A stretch of DNA of 41,621 bases, from positions 1-41,621 of IMG/VR virus record IMGVR_UViG_3300032319_000930; one strand, written 5' to 3'. The notes beneath the pieces were generated by a model, which worked only from the letters and a program-made list of their open reading frames with translations, was not told where the DNA came from and did no database searches. Below, one piece after another: positions 19,312 to 27,754 of this stretch; positions within the stretch are counted from its first letter, which is position 1, and each line of letters begins with the position of its first letter. The position numbers were made by a program, and so were the translations under genes. The stretch is from a virus (taxonomy: Duplodnaviria; Caudoviricetes).

Positions 19312-19557
19312 CTAGAACTTGTAGTCCCAGCATAAATTGCCGGGTTTTTCGTCGTAAAGACCCAAGTTGCGAGCTTTGTTAATAGCATCAAGAAGGTCGC
19401 GGTCATTTTTCAGACGACGATGCAATCGAAGACGCCAGGTGCAGTATGCTGTGGCATTGGCTTCGTTTGGTTTTTCGTTGTATTTCTCGTAGTACCGCTC
19501 AACGGTGCTAACAATCCCGATTCCAACTCTTTCAATCAAGTGGCTGGCGGGGTCAAG
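19312..19557 (-). CDS. hypothetical protein (start uncertain)
   Basis: Non-overlapping 3' part of ORF 19312-19779. Fills the gap between two genes. Confidence 0.45.
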   Translation of the reverse strand, partial: LDPASHLIERVGIGIVSTVERYYEKYNEKPNEANATAYCTWRLRLHRRLKNDRDLLDAINKARNLGLYDEKPGNLCWDYKF

Positions 19558-19564
19558 CGGTTTG

Positions 19565-20374
19565 CTATGCGGTTTTTTCAGTTTCGAAAGTAAAGAGTTT
19601 GAGCTCAAACTCCCGGAGACCGGTGGTTCCATAGATTTCATCTTTGTGTTTGCGGTGGATCTCGTAAGCGTCAAAAATCTTTGAGAAGTTAAGGGGGCGG
19701 TCGCTTGGGGACTCTTTCCATAGCAGGATTTCTTGCAGCGACAAAGGTGTGTCGATGTCCCATTGTTCGTCGCGGGCACCGTACATCACGGGCAGCGCAT
19801 CGTTTCTCCACCACTCAGCGACGTAGTCAATGGCATTTGGCCAAGTCTCAGGGTCGGTTAGGTGGGTGTCATACTCTTCGCGAACCCACGCAATGTATTC
19901 TTTACCTCGGCTAATCACAAGCAGGGCCGATGGCGGTATCTCCTCCAGGAAGTAAGCGTGATTGTCGCTATCCATTACGCGCTCATACACGGCGGGAAAC
20001 AGAAATGCTTCAGAAGCAAGTCGGAAATCCTCGGCGTTGACACACATATGACGGAGTAATGCGTCAAAAATGCCTATTGTTGATGCAACTTTGCGGTCGG
20101 TGTTACTAGGGGTTGATAACGAGGGTGTTTCTTTCACACTTTTTGACAGGATCGCAAGCTCTCGCTCTAGGCGCCGAATCTCTCGACCTGTTTCTCGTTG
20201 TAGTTTGGACTTATAAATCTCTGCCTGAGCAATAACATTTTCAAACTTCGTGTCGATCTTTTCAAGATCGGCAGTTAGTGAGTCAACTTGAATGCGAAGG
20301 TTGGACAGTTTCTTCTTGAAGTTGGTGAGAGAAATTCGGGTAGTATTTGTGGCAAAGAGTAGGTTATCAAGCAT
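19565..20374 (-). CDS. hypothetical protein with an N-terminal coiled coil
   Basis: 269 aa, heptad-like N-terminus, tightly packed with neighbours. Confidence 0.7.
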   Translation of the reverse strand: MLDNLLFATNTTRISLTNFKKKLSNLRIQVDSLTADLEKIDTKFENVIAQAEIYKSKLQRETGREIRRLERELAILSKSVKETPSLSTPSNTDRKVASTIGIFDALLRHMCVNAEDFRLASEAFLFPAVYERVMDSDNHAYFLEEIPPSALLVISRGKEYIAWVREEYDTHLTDPETWPNAIDYVAEWWRNDALPVMYGARDEQWDIDTPLSLQEILLWKESPSDRPLNFSKIFDAYEIHRKHKDEIYGTTGLREFELKLFTFETEKTA

Positions 20375-20376
20375 TC

Positions 20377-20922
20377 TCAGATCGGTTTGTAGGTTGCTCG
20401 TAAAATGTCGTTGGGGACGTCGATGATGTCGACGTTAAAAGCATAGCGACGCTCGGGATCAGTAAGCAGATGGAAGGATCCTTCAAATCGCTCACCATCC
20501 TCAGATCGCAGGTAGCTGTTGCCCGGTGTCGGGGGTGAGCAGAGTGCAATGTCGTTTGTGAAAGCCGGGTTTGCGGAGCAAATGGCCTTGACGATACGCT
20601 CGTAGATGGCGGTGGTTGCGGCCATTTCGTGATCGTTAGTGATTTGAGCCCTGAGTTCGCCGTCAACGGGTTTCAGAATAGAAGCGAGTCCGGTGCTCAG
20701 CGTAAGCTGCACAGTTCCGTCGTCCTCGATGGAAAAACAGATTTCATCGGCGTCAAACTCGATTTCGTCGGGATCTTCGTAATCCCCAAACCCGTGTTCA
20801 ATCAAGTCGTAAAACGAACTTTTCAGGATTTCGCCATCGGGGCCGCCGAGAGCGTTGGCAATCGCGAAGAAAACGCGGGGGTTTGCCAGTAGGCGGTCGA
20901 TCGGATAGATGATGTCAGACAC
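20377..20922 (-). CDS. hypothetical acidic protein
   Basis: 181 aa, GTG start with an upstream GGAG and a promoter-like sequence. Confidence 0.7.
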   Translation of the reverse strand: MSDIIYPIDRLLANPRVFFAIANALGGPDGEILKSSFYDLIEHGFGDYEDPDEIEFDADEICFSIEDDGTVQLTLSTGLASILKPVDGELRAQITNDHEMAATTAIYERIVKAICSANPAFTNDIALCSPPTPGNSYLRSEDGERFEGSFHLLTDPERRYAFNVDIIDVPNDILRATYKPI

Positions 20923-20973
20923 GGTATAACTCCAACGGTTGCAGTATAGTGCCTTTGGCCCCTAGGTAAAGGC

Positions 20974-22929
20974 TCATTCCGGTTTTACCCCCGTGACCTC
21001 GTCGAGACTTGCGATTTTAATACCTTTACCTCCGGGTTTACCTTGTTTTGTGGTGATTGGGAACAGTTCCACTTTTTTCTTACGGGGATTGGCCCATGGC
21101 ACGGTGTAGCTGCCTTCTCCAAAGTGCAGGATGGTGTTTCCATCTGGAATCATGCGTTTGCCCTTTGAAGTTACTTTGGTGAGGTCCTCCCCAGTAATCA
21201 TCATGGCTTTAAGCTGGTCATCAATGGTAAAAACTGCCAGGAATTTTTTGTCAGCTAGGTCTTTTTCTTTCTTTGCCAATAGCACTTCGGTATAGCCCTC
21301 GCCAAGGGGACCCTTGTAGCTGGCGGGAATTTTTCGGAGGACTCCGTCGGCGGTTAGAGTGATGACTTTTTCGTTACGCTCAACGATGAGGCAGCCACGG
21401 GGACCCTTTGCTTGCTCGACGGTTCCTTTTTTCTTGTCAATCTTCAGGAATCTCGGTTTCGCCGGGGCGGCCGAGGGTTGGGAACCTTTTTCGACAACGA
21501 GGGATTCGGGTGGGCTAATGATTTCGCTGCGGCGTTTCTCGCCATATCGCACTCCGATTGCTTTAATCTCTTTGAGCATGTATGCTTTTCGAGTTTTCTC
21601 ATTAAAGTATAAGTCCTTGAGTTCTTCGAGTCGTGCGAGGAGGGAGGTTTGCTCCGTCAGCAAATCTTCGGAGTCAAGATTAGTAAGAGCACGCAGGCGC
21701 ATGTCCAGGATTGCACGGGCCTGGTCTGCTGTGAGTTTGAGATTGCGATTTGAGACTAGTTCAATCAATGCTTCTTTGGGTGACGCAGCGCCTCGAATAA
21801 TCTTGATAACAGCGTCGATCTTGTCGATGGCTTTGAGGTAACCACGGACAATCTCCAGGCGAGTTTCGCTCGCGTCTAACTCTGCAAAGAATTTACGACC
21901 CAGGCAATCCAGTCGCCATGTTTTCCATATCTCAATAAGTTCACTCGGAGAGAGTTCGGTGGGTTTCGTACCGTTAATAACCAACGTCCGCGCCGGATAC
22001 TTAGTGTCCAAATCGGTGAAGTGATACAGTTTCCTCCGAAGCATATCGGTGTCTGTATTGGGTTTCGCAACCACTGCGAGACGGTCGCCGCTGAGATCAG
22101 ATTCATCGATCACTTCTGCGATGTTGTCAAGGACACCTTTCTCTAATCCCGCAGCAATTTGCTCGCCGAGTTTTTCAGGATTGGTTGTTGGGGGCAGGTT
22201 GGTGAATGTTATGATAGAACGTGCTTGTTTGCGTCCTGCCTTGACCCCTTCGGTAATCTCGCAGCGAGCGCGTAGACGCAGAGAGCCGATGCCGGTTTGT
22301 TGGTACGATGCTAAACCGTCGTCGCTAACAATGTCGCAACCCGTGGGGAACGAGGGAACTAGCGGAGTGTTATTGACGACTGCATCGCAAATGTCTCGGA
22401 GGGAATGCGGTGGAATCTTAGTTGCGAACCCGACTCCGATGCCATCTTGCCCGTTTAGCAGGACTGTTGGCACTTTGGCGTTGAGTTCGATGGGTTCTTG
22501 CAGGGAACCATCGTAGTTGGGAGTAGTTTGCCAAATGTCGCTGTCGTCGAGCAGGGCATCCCACGAAAACGCAGTGAGTTTGGCCTCAGTGTAGCGCGAA
22601 GCAGCAGCACCGTCAACCGAGGAACCCCAGTTGCCCTGTCCATCAATCAAAGGCAAGTTGTTGTTCCACGGGGTGGCTAGCGTGACCATAACCCCGTAGG
22701 CGCCTCCGTGCGGGTGCAGTTTGCCCATGGTCTCGCCCTCGACCCTGGCGGATTTTATGTATTTGCCATCGGGTTTTAGCCCCAGCCATTTCATTGCCGT
22801 TAGTACCCGGCGCTGAGCAGGTTTGAGCCCGTCCGTCAGAGAGGGGATTGCACGACCGATTAGTACTGCCATGGAATAGGCAAGGTAATCGTCCTTAATC
22901 TGCGTTGTCAGATCAGTTGAGGTATCCAT
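20974..22929 (-). CDS. gyrA: type IIA topoisomerase subunit A (GyrA/ParC)
   Basis: YSM.V..GRA.P...DGLKP.QRR, KSAR..G..MGK.HPHG, DGQGNWGS, AASRYTEAKL (catalytic Tyr), NG..GI.VG.AT.IPPH, QA.AILDMRL..L. Likely start MDTS at 22929. Confidence 0.92.
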   Translation of the reverse strand: MDTSTDLTTQIKDDYLAYSMAVLIGRAIPSLTDGLKPAQRRVLTAMKWLGLKPDGKYIKSARVEGETMGKLHPHGGAYGVMVTLATPWNNNLPLIDGQGNWGSSVDGAAASRYTEAKLTAFSWDALLDDSDIWQTTPNYDGSLQEPIELNAKVPTVLLNGQDGIGVGFATKIPPHSLRDICDAVVNNTPLVPSFPTGCDIVSDDGLASYQQTGIGSLRLRARCEITEGVKAGRKQARSIITFTNLPPTTNPEKLGEQIAAGLEKGVLDNIAEVIDESDLSGDRLAVVAKPNTDTDMLRRKLYHFTDLDTKYPARTLVINGTKPTELSPSELIEIWKTWRLDCLGRKFFAELDASETRLEIVRGYLKAIDKIDAVIKIIRGAASPKEALIELVSNRNLKLTADQARAILDMRLRALTNLDSEDLLTEQTSLLARLEELKDLYFNEKTRKAYMLKEIKAIGVRYGEKRRSEIISPPESLVVEKGSQPSAAPAKPRFLKIDKKKGTVEQAKGPRGCLIVERNEKVITLTADGVLRKIPASYKGPLGEGYTEVLLAKKEKDLADKKFLAVFTIDDQLKAMMITGEDLTKVTSKGKRMIPDGNTILHFGEGSYTVPWANPRKKKVELFPITTKQGKPGGKGIKIASLDEVTGVKPE

Positions 22930-22934
22930 AGCAA

Positions 22935-23099
22935 TCAGTTGCCGGCGATGAAATACAGGGCGATGATGAGGCAGAATAAAAAGGGAAAAAAGTTTCCGGC
23001 GGCGATGGTGGAGAGGCACCAGAATGTTGCTAAAAGCGCGACGGGTAGCGCAAATATTAGCAGGGCAATGAGCAGAGATAACTTGATGAGTTCGGCCAT
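22935..23099 (-). CDS. small membrane protein (54 aa), not in the ORF track
   Basis: MAELIKLSLLIALLIFALPVALLATFWCLSTIAAGNFFPFLFCLIIALYFIAGN. Lies between a promoter and gyrA. Confidence 0.6.
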   Translation of the reverse strand: MAELIKLSLLIALLIFALPVALLATFWCLSTIAAGNFFPFLFCLIIALYFIAGN

Positions 23100-23419
23100 T
23101 AGGCGATGAGTTTTCTGAATGGATTATAGCCCCGGAGGGTGGGTGGTAAAGTGGGCCTCGTTACATTAGATTAACTAATGGGTAAATGGTGGAAAAATTG
23201 CCAGCAAAAAATTTCGAGATCGCATTTTTGGTTTGTGATGATACCGTTTTCGTAAGGGGGTGATCCAGGGGGCCCCTTTTTAGGGGGGCGGAAAATGCTG
23301 GCGGGGCGGGGGCACTTTAACCTGCACCCGAGCCCGTAGCCTTGGGCGCCTGGTCCCACAAGGGTGGATCGCCCCCGGCGGTCAAAAGGGACCCTTTTTA
23401 CACGGTCAGGATTTTTCAA

Positions 23420-23925
23420 TGTGTCATCAGGTTTGTATTTATCTACGTCACAACATTCACGATGATGTATTTACTTTGATTGTTATCATTTGTTATGATT
23501 GTATTTATTCACATCATGACAATCACTATGATTGTATTTACTTTGATGTGTCATTATGTTTGTATTTATTTGTATCTCAATGTATACTATGATTGTGTTA
23601 CATACATACTCACGAATAGGTATTTATCTAGATCCACATCAGTAGGGATTACATTAGTCATGCATGTTCACGCACATAGTATTACTCACGCACACACAGA
23701 TATCTGCGATTCACATTACATTGTCACGCAACAGTAGGTACATACAGTCTGGTACAAATATGGTGGGATAAGTTTAGAATCTCATTTACAAGCGATTCTA
23801 TCTGTGCACACGGGGGATTGTGCGTGTGCGTGTGTAGATCTATGCGTGTGTAGTATGATACGTGTGTATCAGTGGGTACGCACGCATGGTGGTGCACAGG
23901 TACGGGGACATAGATACATACAGAA
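23420..23925. repeat. AT-rich non-coding block with degenerate TGTATTTA repeats
   Basis: At least 5 copies of tgtattta in 23430-23575, then CA/TG-rich low complexity. GC-rich blocks on both sides. Confidence 0.65.
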
Positions 23926-24011
23926 ACACCCCCCAGGCAGCGCCGGGAGGGCAGGGGGCAGCCCCCTCAGGGGCAGGCGGGCAGGCCCCGTGCAGGGGCC
24001 AGGGCCGGCGC

Positions 24012-24689
24012 TCAGACGGCTACGGTAGAGCGCACCGAGGGCAGCGAGCGAGTGAACTGCTCTACCAGGGGACGCACTTCAGCACGGAAGGCCAGGGCGT
24101 CGTCACCGGAGAGAGCAGTGACGGAGGAGGGGCAGTAGCCGCCACCCCAGCGCTCGTTCCAGTTTAGCTCAAACTCCGTACGCATGGCCTCAAAGTGGCC
24201 CACCGAGTCATAGTTGGTTAGAGGGCGGCCCAGGGCGGCGGCGAGCTCAAGCAGCTCGGCCTCGGTACCACGGGCGAACGCGACACGGCGAACGGTATCC
24301 ACCTGATCCAGCACCGGCTGGTAGAGTTCGAGGGCACGCATCTGCTCCTGACGGATGATGACGATCGCCAGTTCTTCGCCGGGAAGCAGCTCAGCCCGCT
24401 GCTGGAAGTTAAGCACGTCGGCCAGGCAGAAGCGATAGTGCAGCTTGGTTTCGACCGGTTGCTTGCCGGACACGCGACGGGTTTGACCGTCACGGATGGC
24501 TTTGTCGATGGCCGTTTGGGCCTGGCTGCAAGCAGGCACAGCCGAGAGGTAGAACCGACGGTCGCTGATGCTCAGCGAGTTGAGACCGTGCTGCTGCTTG
24601 CGAGCCAGAAGCTTGTAGTAGCGATCTACCTGGGTTTCGGTCCAACCAGCGGACTCGAGAAGGGCGGCGGTGACTTTGACGTTTGACAT
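24012..24689 (-). CDS. hypothetical protein resembling a conserved picocyanobacterial protein
   Basis: 225 aa, own promoter repeat. Resemblance (LLE.AGW...RY..L, Y.PVL...DT, FR.EVR) is recalled, not searched. Confidence 0.7.
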   Translation of the reverse strand: MSNVKVTAALLESAGWTETQVDRYYKLLARKQQHGLNSLSISDRRFYLSAVPACSQAQTAIDKAIRDGQTRRVSGKQPVETKLHYRFCLADVLNFQQRAELLPGEELAIVIIRQEQMRALELYQPVLDQVDTVRRVAFARGTEAELLELAAALGRPLTNYDSVGHFEAMRTEFELNWNERWGGGYCPSSVTALSGDDALAFRAEVRPLVEQFTRSLPSVRSTVAV

Positions 24690-24710
24690 GGTTGTTTCGT
24701 TTTTGAACTT

Positions 24711-24798
24711 GATGAACTAAGTATAGAGCCTTTTGGCCGAAAAGTAAAGGGGTTTTAGGTACGGGAAACCGTACCTCCGAGGTAGTGGAAACCGTACC
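24711..24798 (-). promoter_or_regulatory. promoter repeat 1 (type A variant, leadered)
   Basis: TTTACT-17-TATACT with GGTACGGTT elements upstream. ATC instead of ATG at +1. Confidence 0.75.
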
Positions 24799-24805
24799 TC
24801 GGCCA

Positions 24806-25045
24806 TCAGGTCAGGTCGGTCATACAGCGACCAAACCGCTCAACCTCAGTGTCCGTACCCAGATCCTGGTAGCGGTCCACACCAGCGTCGTTGAGGCAGT
24901 AGCTCACCGTTTCCACGCGCGAGGGACCAAAGCCCGGCACAGAGGTCATCAGGACGTCGCTAGGGGCGAGCACAGGGCGAACGGGCACAGCCAGGGCGAC
25001 GGCGCCGAGGGCGAGAGCGGAGAGAGCGAAGAGTTGGATTTTCAT
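24806..25045 (-). CDS. small protein with a signal peptide
   Basis: MKIQLFALSALALGAVALAVPV... with two Cys in the mature part. Confidence 0.65.
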   Translation of the reverse strand: MKIQLFALSALALGAVALAVPVRPVLAPSDVLMTSVPGFGPSRVETVSYCLNDAGVDRYQDLGTDTEVERFGRCMTDLT

Positions 25046-25098
25046 GGTTGTTTTTAGTTTCGTGTGGTTTAGTTGGTCAGGCAAAGAGCGGGAAACCG

Positions 25099-25296
25099 TT
25101 ACTCAGCCATTTCCCAGGCAGCGATTCCAGCGTCAGCGACCATTTCGTTGGTCCAGTCACCGAACTCTTCAGTTGGGCCGTTCAGGATGTAGCGAACTTC
25201 ACCCTCGGCGTCTTCCCGGCAGTCCCAACCGGAGTTCTCTTCGGCCCAAGCATCGACAAGGGCCATGATTTCGTTGAAGCGAGTGAGGTTTTCCAT
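25099..25296 (-). CDS. small acidic hypothetical protein
   Basis: ATG lies at the repeat +1. Confidence 0.7.
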   Translation of the reverse strand: MENLTRFNEIMALVDAWAEENSGWDCREDAEGEVRYILNGPTEEFGDWTNEMVADAGIAAWEMAE

Positions 25297-25377
25297 GAGT
25301 TAAATATAGCGCGTTTCGGACCAGAAGTAAAGGGGGTGAGTGTCAGTTTGTGAACTGACCCTGATACGTTTGTATCA
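25294..25377 (-). promoter_or_regulatory. promoter repeat 2 (type B)
   Basis: TTTACT-17-TATATT-6-ATG. Palindromes GTCAGTT..AACTGAC and TGATAC-N4-GTATCA upstream. Confidence 0.8.
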
Positions 25378-25394
25378 CCGAGGGCCAGGGCCAC

Positions 25395-25556
25395 TCAGGC
25401 CGCGCAGCCCAGAAGAAACAGACCGCCGACCAGAGCGACGAACAGGATTGGTTGTTGGACCAGCAGGTAGAAGCCGCCAGCGACGAGAGCCGCCAAGGCA
25501 CCACCCCAGAGGGGGAGGGTGAGGCCGACGATTGCAAGAGCGATTAGGTTTGTCAT
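25395..25556 (-). CDS. small membrane protein (53 aa), not in the ORF track
   Basis: MTNLIALAIVGLTLPLWGGALAALVAGGFYLLVQQPILFVALVGGLFLLGCAA. ATG at the repeat +1. Confidence 0.7.
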   Translation of the reverse strand: MTNLIALAIVGLTLPLWGGALAALVAGGFYLLVQQPILFVALVGGLFLLGCAA

Positions 25557-25619
25557 GAGTTAAATATAGCGCGTTTTGGGCCAGAAGTAAAGGGGGTGAG
25601 TGTCAGTTTGATAACTGAC
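25554..25619 (-). promoter_or_regulatory. promoter repeat 3 (type B)
   Basis: TTTACT-17-TATATT-6-ATG with GTCAGTTATCAAACTGAC upstream. Confidence 0.8.
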
Positions 25620-25713
25620 TTTTTTCGACCAGTTCGGCAGCAGCGGCCAGGGCCGTTTCAGCGGCCAGGAGGGCCTCGGCGGTTTCGTAGACGGGAAGAG
25701 CGGTTTGATCCAT
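25603..25713 (-). CDS. 36-aa Ala-rich peptide, not in the ORF track
   Basis: MDQTALPVYETAEALLAAETALAAAAELVEKSQLSN. ATG 6 nt after TATAAT. Confidence 0.55.
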   Translation of the reverse strand: MDQTALPVYETAEALLAAETALAAAAELVEKSQLSN

Positions 25714-25748
25714 GAGTTTATTATAGGTCGTTTTCGGGGGCAGCGGGG
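25711..25748 (-). promoter_or_regulatory. promoter repeat 4 (degenerate, -10 only)
   Basis: TATAAT-6-ATG. The -35 and upstream element are not conserved. Confidence 0.55.
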
Positions 25749-25812
25749 GACTTTGGGCCAGATTGAAACGTTTTGAAATACAGTGTGTTTGTATTACCGG
25801 AGGCCGGGGCCA

Positions 25813-26031
25813 TCAGTCCGGACAGTTACGCTCCATCCAGTCCAGGTCGGATGCAAGATCGGCGGCGATCCAGTCAACCCGAGCACCAGCCCCATCCAGC
25901 TGCCTGTAGGCCCAGTTTAGGGTCTCAGCGTCCAGGTCGGTTAGATCACGGGCATAGCCGAAGGTTTCGAGCGTGGCTGCGGCAAAAGCAGCGGAGAGAG
26001 TGTCAACAGTCATATCCGTTTCGTTTTCCAT
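25813..26031 (-). CDS. small acidic hypothetical protein
   Basis: Start MENETDM at 26031, just after the upstream stop. Confidence 0.65.
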   Translation of the reverse strand: MENETDMTVDTLSAAFAAATLETFGYARDLTDLDAETLNWAYRQLDGAGARVDWIAADLASDLDWMERNCPD

Positions 26032-26038
26032 GGTTGAT

Positions 26039-26239
26039 TTACTCAGATAGACCGTTTGACACACCTTGAAGAATAGAGTCTACGAACTCACGGTTGGTTT
26101 TCTCGCGGTCACCGTTATTGATCCAAAGAAGGCCGAGGTAACAGAAAGGCAAAGCCAGCAAAAGAAGAAGGGGGACGAGAACGTGCTTGAGCACGTAGAC
26201 CCATGCGGCGATTTGAATGATAAGAGGGAGGTTTTCCAT
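26039..26239 (-). CDS. small membrane protein
   Basis: Hydrophobic N-terminal 40 aa. ATG at the repeat +1. Confidence 0.7.
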   Translation of the reverse strand: MENLPLIIQIAAWVYVLKHVLVPLLLLLALPFCYLGLLWINNGDREKTNREFVDSILQGVSNGLSE

Positions 26240-26313
26240 GAGTTAAATATAGCGCGTTTCGGGCAGGAAGTAAAGGGGGCAAACCGTACCTCCAAGGTAC
26301 GGGTAACCGTACC
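26237..26313 (-). promoter_or_regulatory. promoter repeat 5 (type A)
   Basis: GGTACGGTTACCCGTACC-TTGGA-GGTACGGTTT-GCCCCC-TTTACT-17-TATATT-6-ATG. Confidence 0.85.
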
Positions 26314-26315
26314 CC

Positions 26316-26498
26316 CTAGACCCAGCGCAGGCGGAAGGGAGCTCCGTTGGCGGGGCAGCGCCAGATGGTGCAGGGCTCGCCCCAGCCGTAGGCCACCAGC
26401 TCGGCCATTTCCATGTCGGTGACGTAGTCGGCGCCGTTGGCGTCAAAGACCTCCCAGGAGCGGGGCTGGACGGCGAGGGTGAAAGCGGTTTTTTCCAT
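26316..26498 (-). CDS. small hypothetical protein
   Basis: MEKTAFTLAV... ATG at the repeat +1. Confidence 0.7.
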   Translation of the reverse strand: MEKTAFTLAVQPRSWEVFDANGADYVTDMEMAELVAYGWGEPCTIWRCPANGAPFRLRWV

Positions 26499-26580
26499 GA
26501 GTTTACTATAGCGCGTTTTGGGCCGGAAGTAAAGGGGGGTAGGTCCACTTGTTGGACTGACCCTGATACGCATGTATCAG
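26496..26580 (-). promoter_or_regulatory. promoter repeat 6 (type B variant)
   Basis: TTTACT-17-TATAGT-6-ATG with CTGATAC-N4-GTATCAG upstream. Confidence 0.8.
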
Positions 26581-26747
26581 TCCTCCGGCCACTCCTCGCC
26601 GCAAACCTCGACCCAGTAGCGTCGGTACAGTTCTGGCTCCCAGCAGACCAGCAGCGAAGCCTCCTTTTCTCGTCCCTCGTCCTGCAGGGTTTCGTACTCG
26701 GCTATGAATCCTTCAAGGGTCATAGCGGTGGGTTGATTGATTTCCAT
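26577..26747 (-). CDS. small acidic protein (56 aa), not in the ORF track
   Basis: MEINQPTAMTLEGFIAEYETLQDEGREKEASLLVCWEPELYRRYWVEVCGEEWPED. Confidence 0.7.
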   Translation of the reverse strand: MEINQPTAMTLEGFIAEYETLQDEGREKEASLLVCWEPELYRRYWVEVCGEEWPED

Positions 26748-26821
26748 GAGGTTACTATAGCGCTTTTTCGCTGAAAAAGCAAGGGGGCAAACCGTACCTC
26801 TGCGGTACGGGTAACCGTACC
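26745..26821 (-). promoter_or_regulatory. promoter repeat 7 (type A)
   Basis: Type A element, TATAGT-6-ATG. Confidence 0.8.
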
Positions 26822-26823
26822 GT

Positions 26824-27291
26824 TTAGCTATCGCCCATCTCGGCCCAGTAGGCCTCGTTTGTCATTGGCCGAAGGCACAACACACCATTATCGTTGTAAA
26901 CTTTGGCATTCCAGGGACTGTCATCTATGGAAAAAGCAACATCCCAGACCTCGTCAATGTCCTTGAGCGCATCTTCTTTCATCTCGGCGGCGGTAGCCTC
27001 GACCGTATCATCGCGCATGTATAGGGCAGCGTAGACCGGCAAGTATTTCTCGAGCCAAGCCTCTGTCTCGCCGCGAAAGGCCTCTGGCCGAGCCGTAGAG
27101 ATTACCAGATCGTACCCGTGGCGATGCAAGGTCCAAGCCAGGTTCAAAATGGGTTGGATTGGCTTGTGGTTGACCATGTCCTCCCAGTTTTCGCCTTCCG
27201 GAGAAGATAATGTGCTATCCATATCGAGAATCACACATTGAGGCCGTGTGACTTTAAGAATGGTTTTGGTGTAAGTAGTTTCGTTTTTCAT
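26824..27291 (-). CDS. HAD-family phosphatase (T4 PNK 3'-phosphatase-like)
   Basis: ILDMDSTL (DxDxT), STARPE, TEAWL, LYMR, K, IDDSP. Confidence 0.8.
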   Translation of the reverse strand: MKNETTYTKTILKVTRPQCVILDMDSTLSSPEGENWEDMVNHKPIQPILNLAWTLHRHGYDLVISTARPEAFRGETEAWLEKYLPVYAALYMRDDTVEATAAEMKEDALKDIDEVWDVAFSIDDSPWNAKVYNDNGVLCLRPMTNEAYWAEMGDS

Positions 27292-27306
27292 ATTTTTCAG
27301 GGGCAC

Positions 27307-27486
27307 TTAGGCAAGGACCGTTTCAACGAGGTTTTCAGCAACTCCGAAGCACTCCAAAATGCCAACTCGGCGGTTAGTTTCAGCCGACCATTCATAGGCC
27401 ACATCGCGTGCTTGATCAAGCACAGCGTATTGCTCACCGTCGCAGTCGCAGCCGTTATCGGTGAAAGTCAGGTAGTAGTAAATCAT
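27307..27486 (-). CDS. small hypothetical protein (paralog of 28949-29140)
   Basis: MIYYYLTFTDNGCD... non-overlapping start at 27486. Confidence 0.6.
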   Translation of the reverse strand: MIYYYLTFTDNGCDCDGEQYAVLDQARDVAYEWSAETNRRVGILECFGVAENLVETVLA

Positions 27487-27493
27487 AGTTTTT

Positions 27494-27691
27494 TCAGTAA
27501 CCGCGATTGTAAATTTGAAGGGAGGAAAGATTTTGGGGGAGAAAGTTATTATCGTCATCAGCGGCGAGTTTTCGCCCTTCGATAACTGCAAGGGCTTCAG
27601 TAAGCATTCCGGGTGCAAGTTTGCCCTCCCAGAAAAGGCCAACGGCGTCGACCGCCTCGGCGTAGGTGAGAGTAGAGCGTTTGATATCCAT
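27494..27691 (-). CDS. small hypothetical protein
   Basis: ATG at the repeat +1. Confidence 0.6.
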   Translation of the reverse strand: MDIKRSTLTYAEAVDAVGLFWEGKLAPGMLTEALAVIEGRKLAADDDNNFLPQNLSSLQIYNRGY

Positions 27692-27754
27692 GAGTTAAAT
27701 ATAGCGCGTTTTGGGCCGGAAGTAAAGGGGGTGAGTGTCAGTTTGATAACTGAC
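27689..27754 (-). promoter_or_regulatory. promoter repeat 8 (type B)
   Basis: Nearly identical to repeat 3. Confidence 0.8.

Noticed and set aside
527-22680. Long plus-strand ORFs (527-1378, 1204-2337, 3669-4733, 7789-8625, 14515-15159 and others)
   Set aside because: They are antisense shadows of well-supported minus-strand genes and show no recognisable motifs.
22930-23019. N-terminal extensions in the ORF track (gyrA from 23019, TET from 39334, and starts 13039, 26573, 27642, 29692)
   Set aside because: They overlap upstream genes or promoters. Downstream ATGs fit the spacing and homology better.
23480-23737. 85-aa plus-strand ORF in the AT-rich block
   Set aside because: TTG start, low-complexity translation of repeats and opposite strand to all other genes.
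26281-26313. Type A element as an NtcA or cyanobacterial LexA box
   Set aside because: Spacing is GTA-N9-TAC (NtcA needs N8) and GTAC-N7/N8-GTAC (LexA needs about N4).
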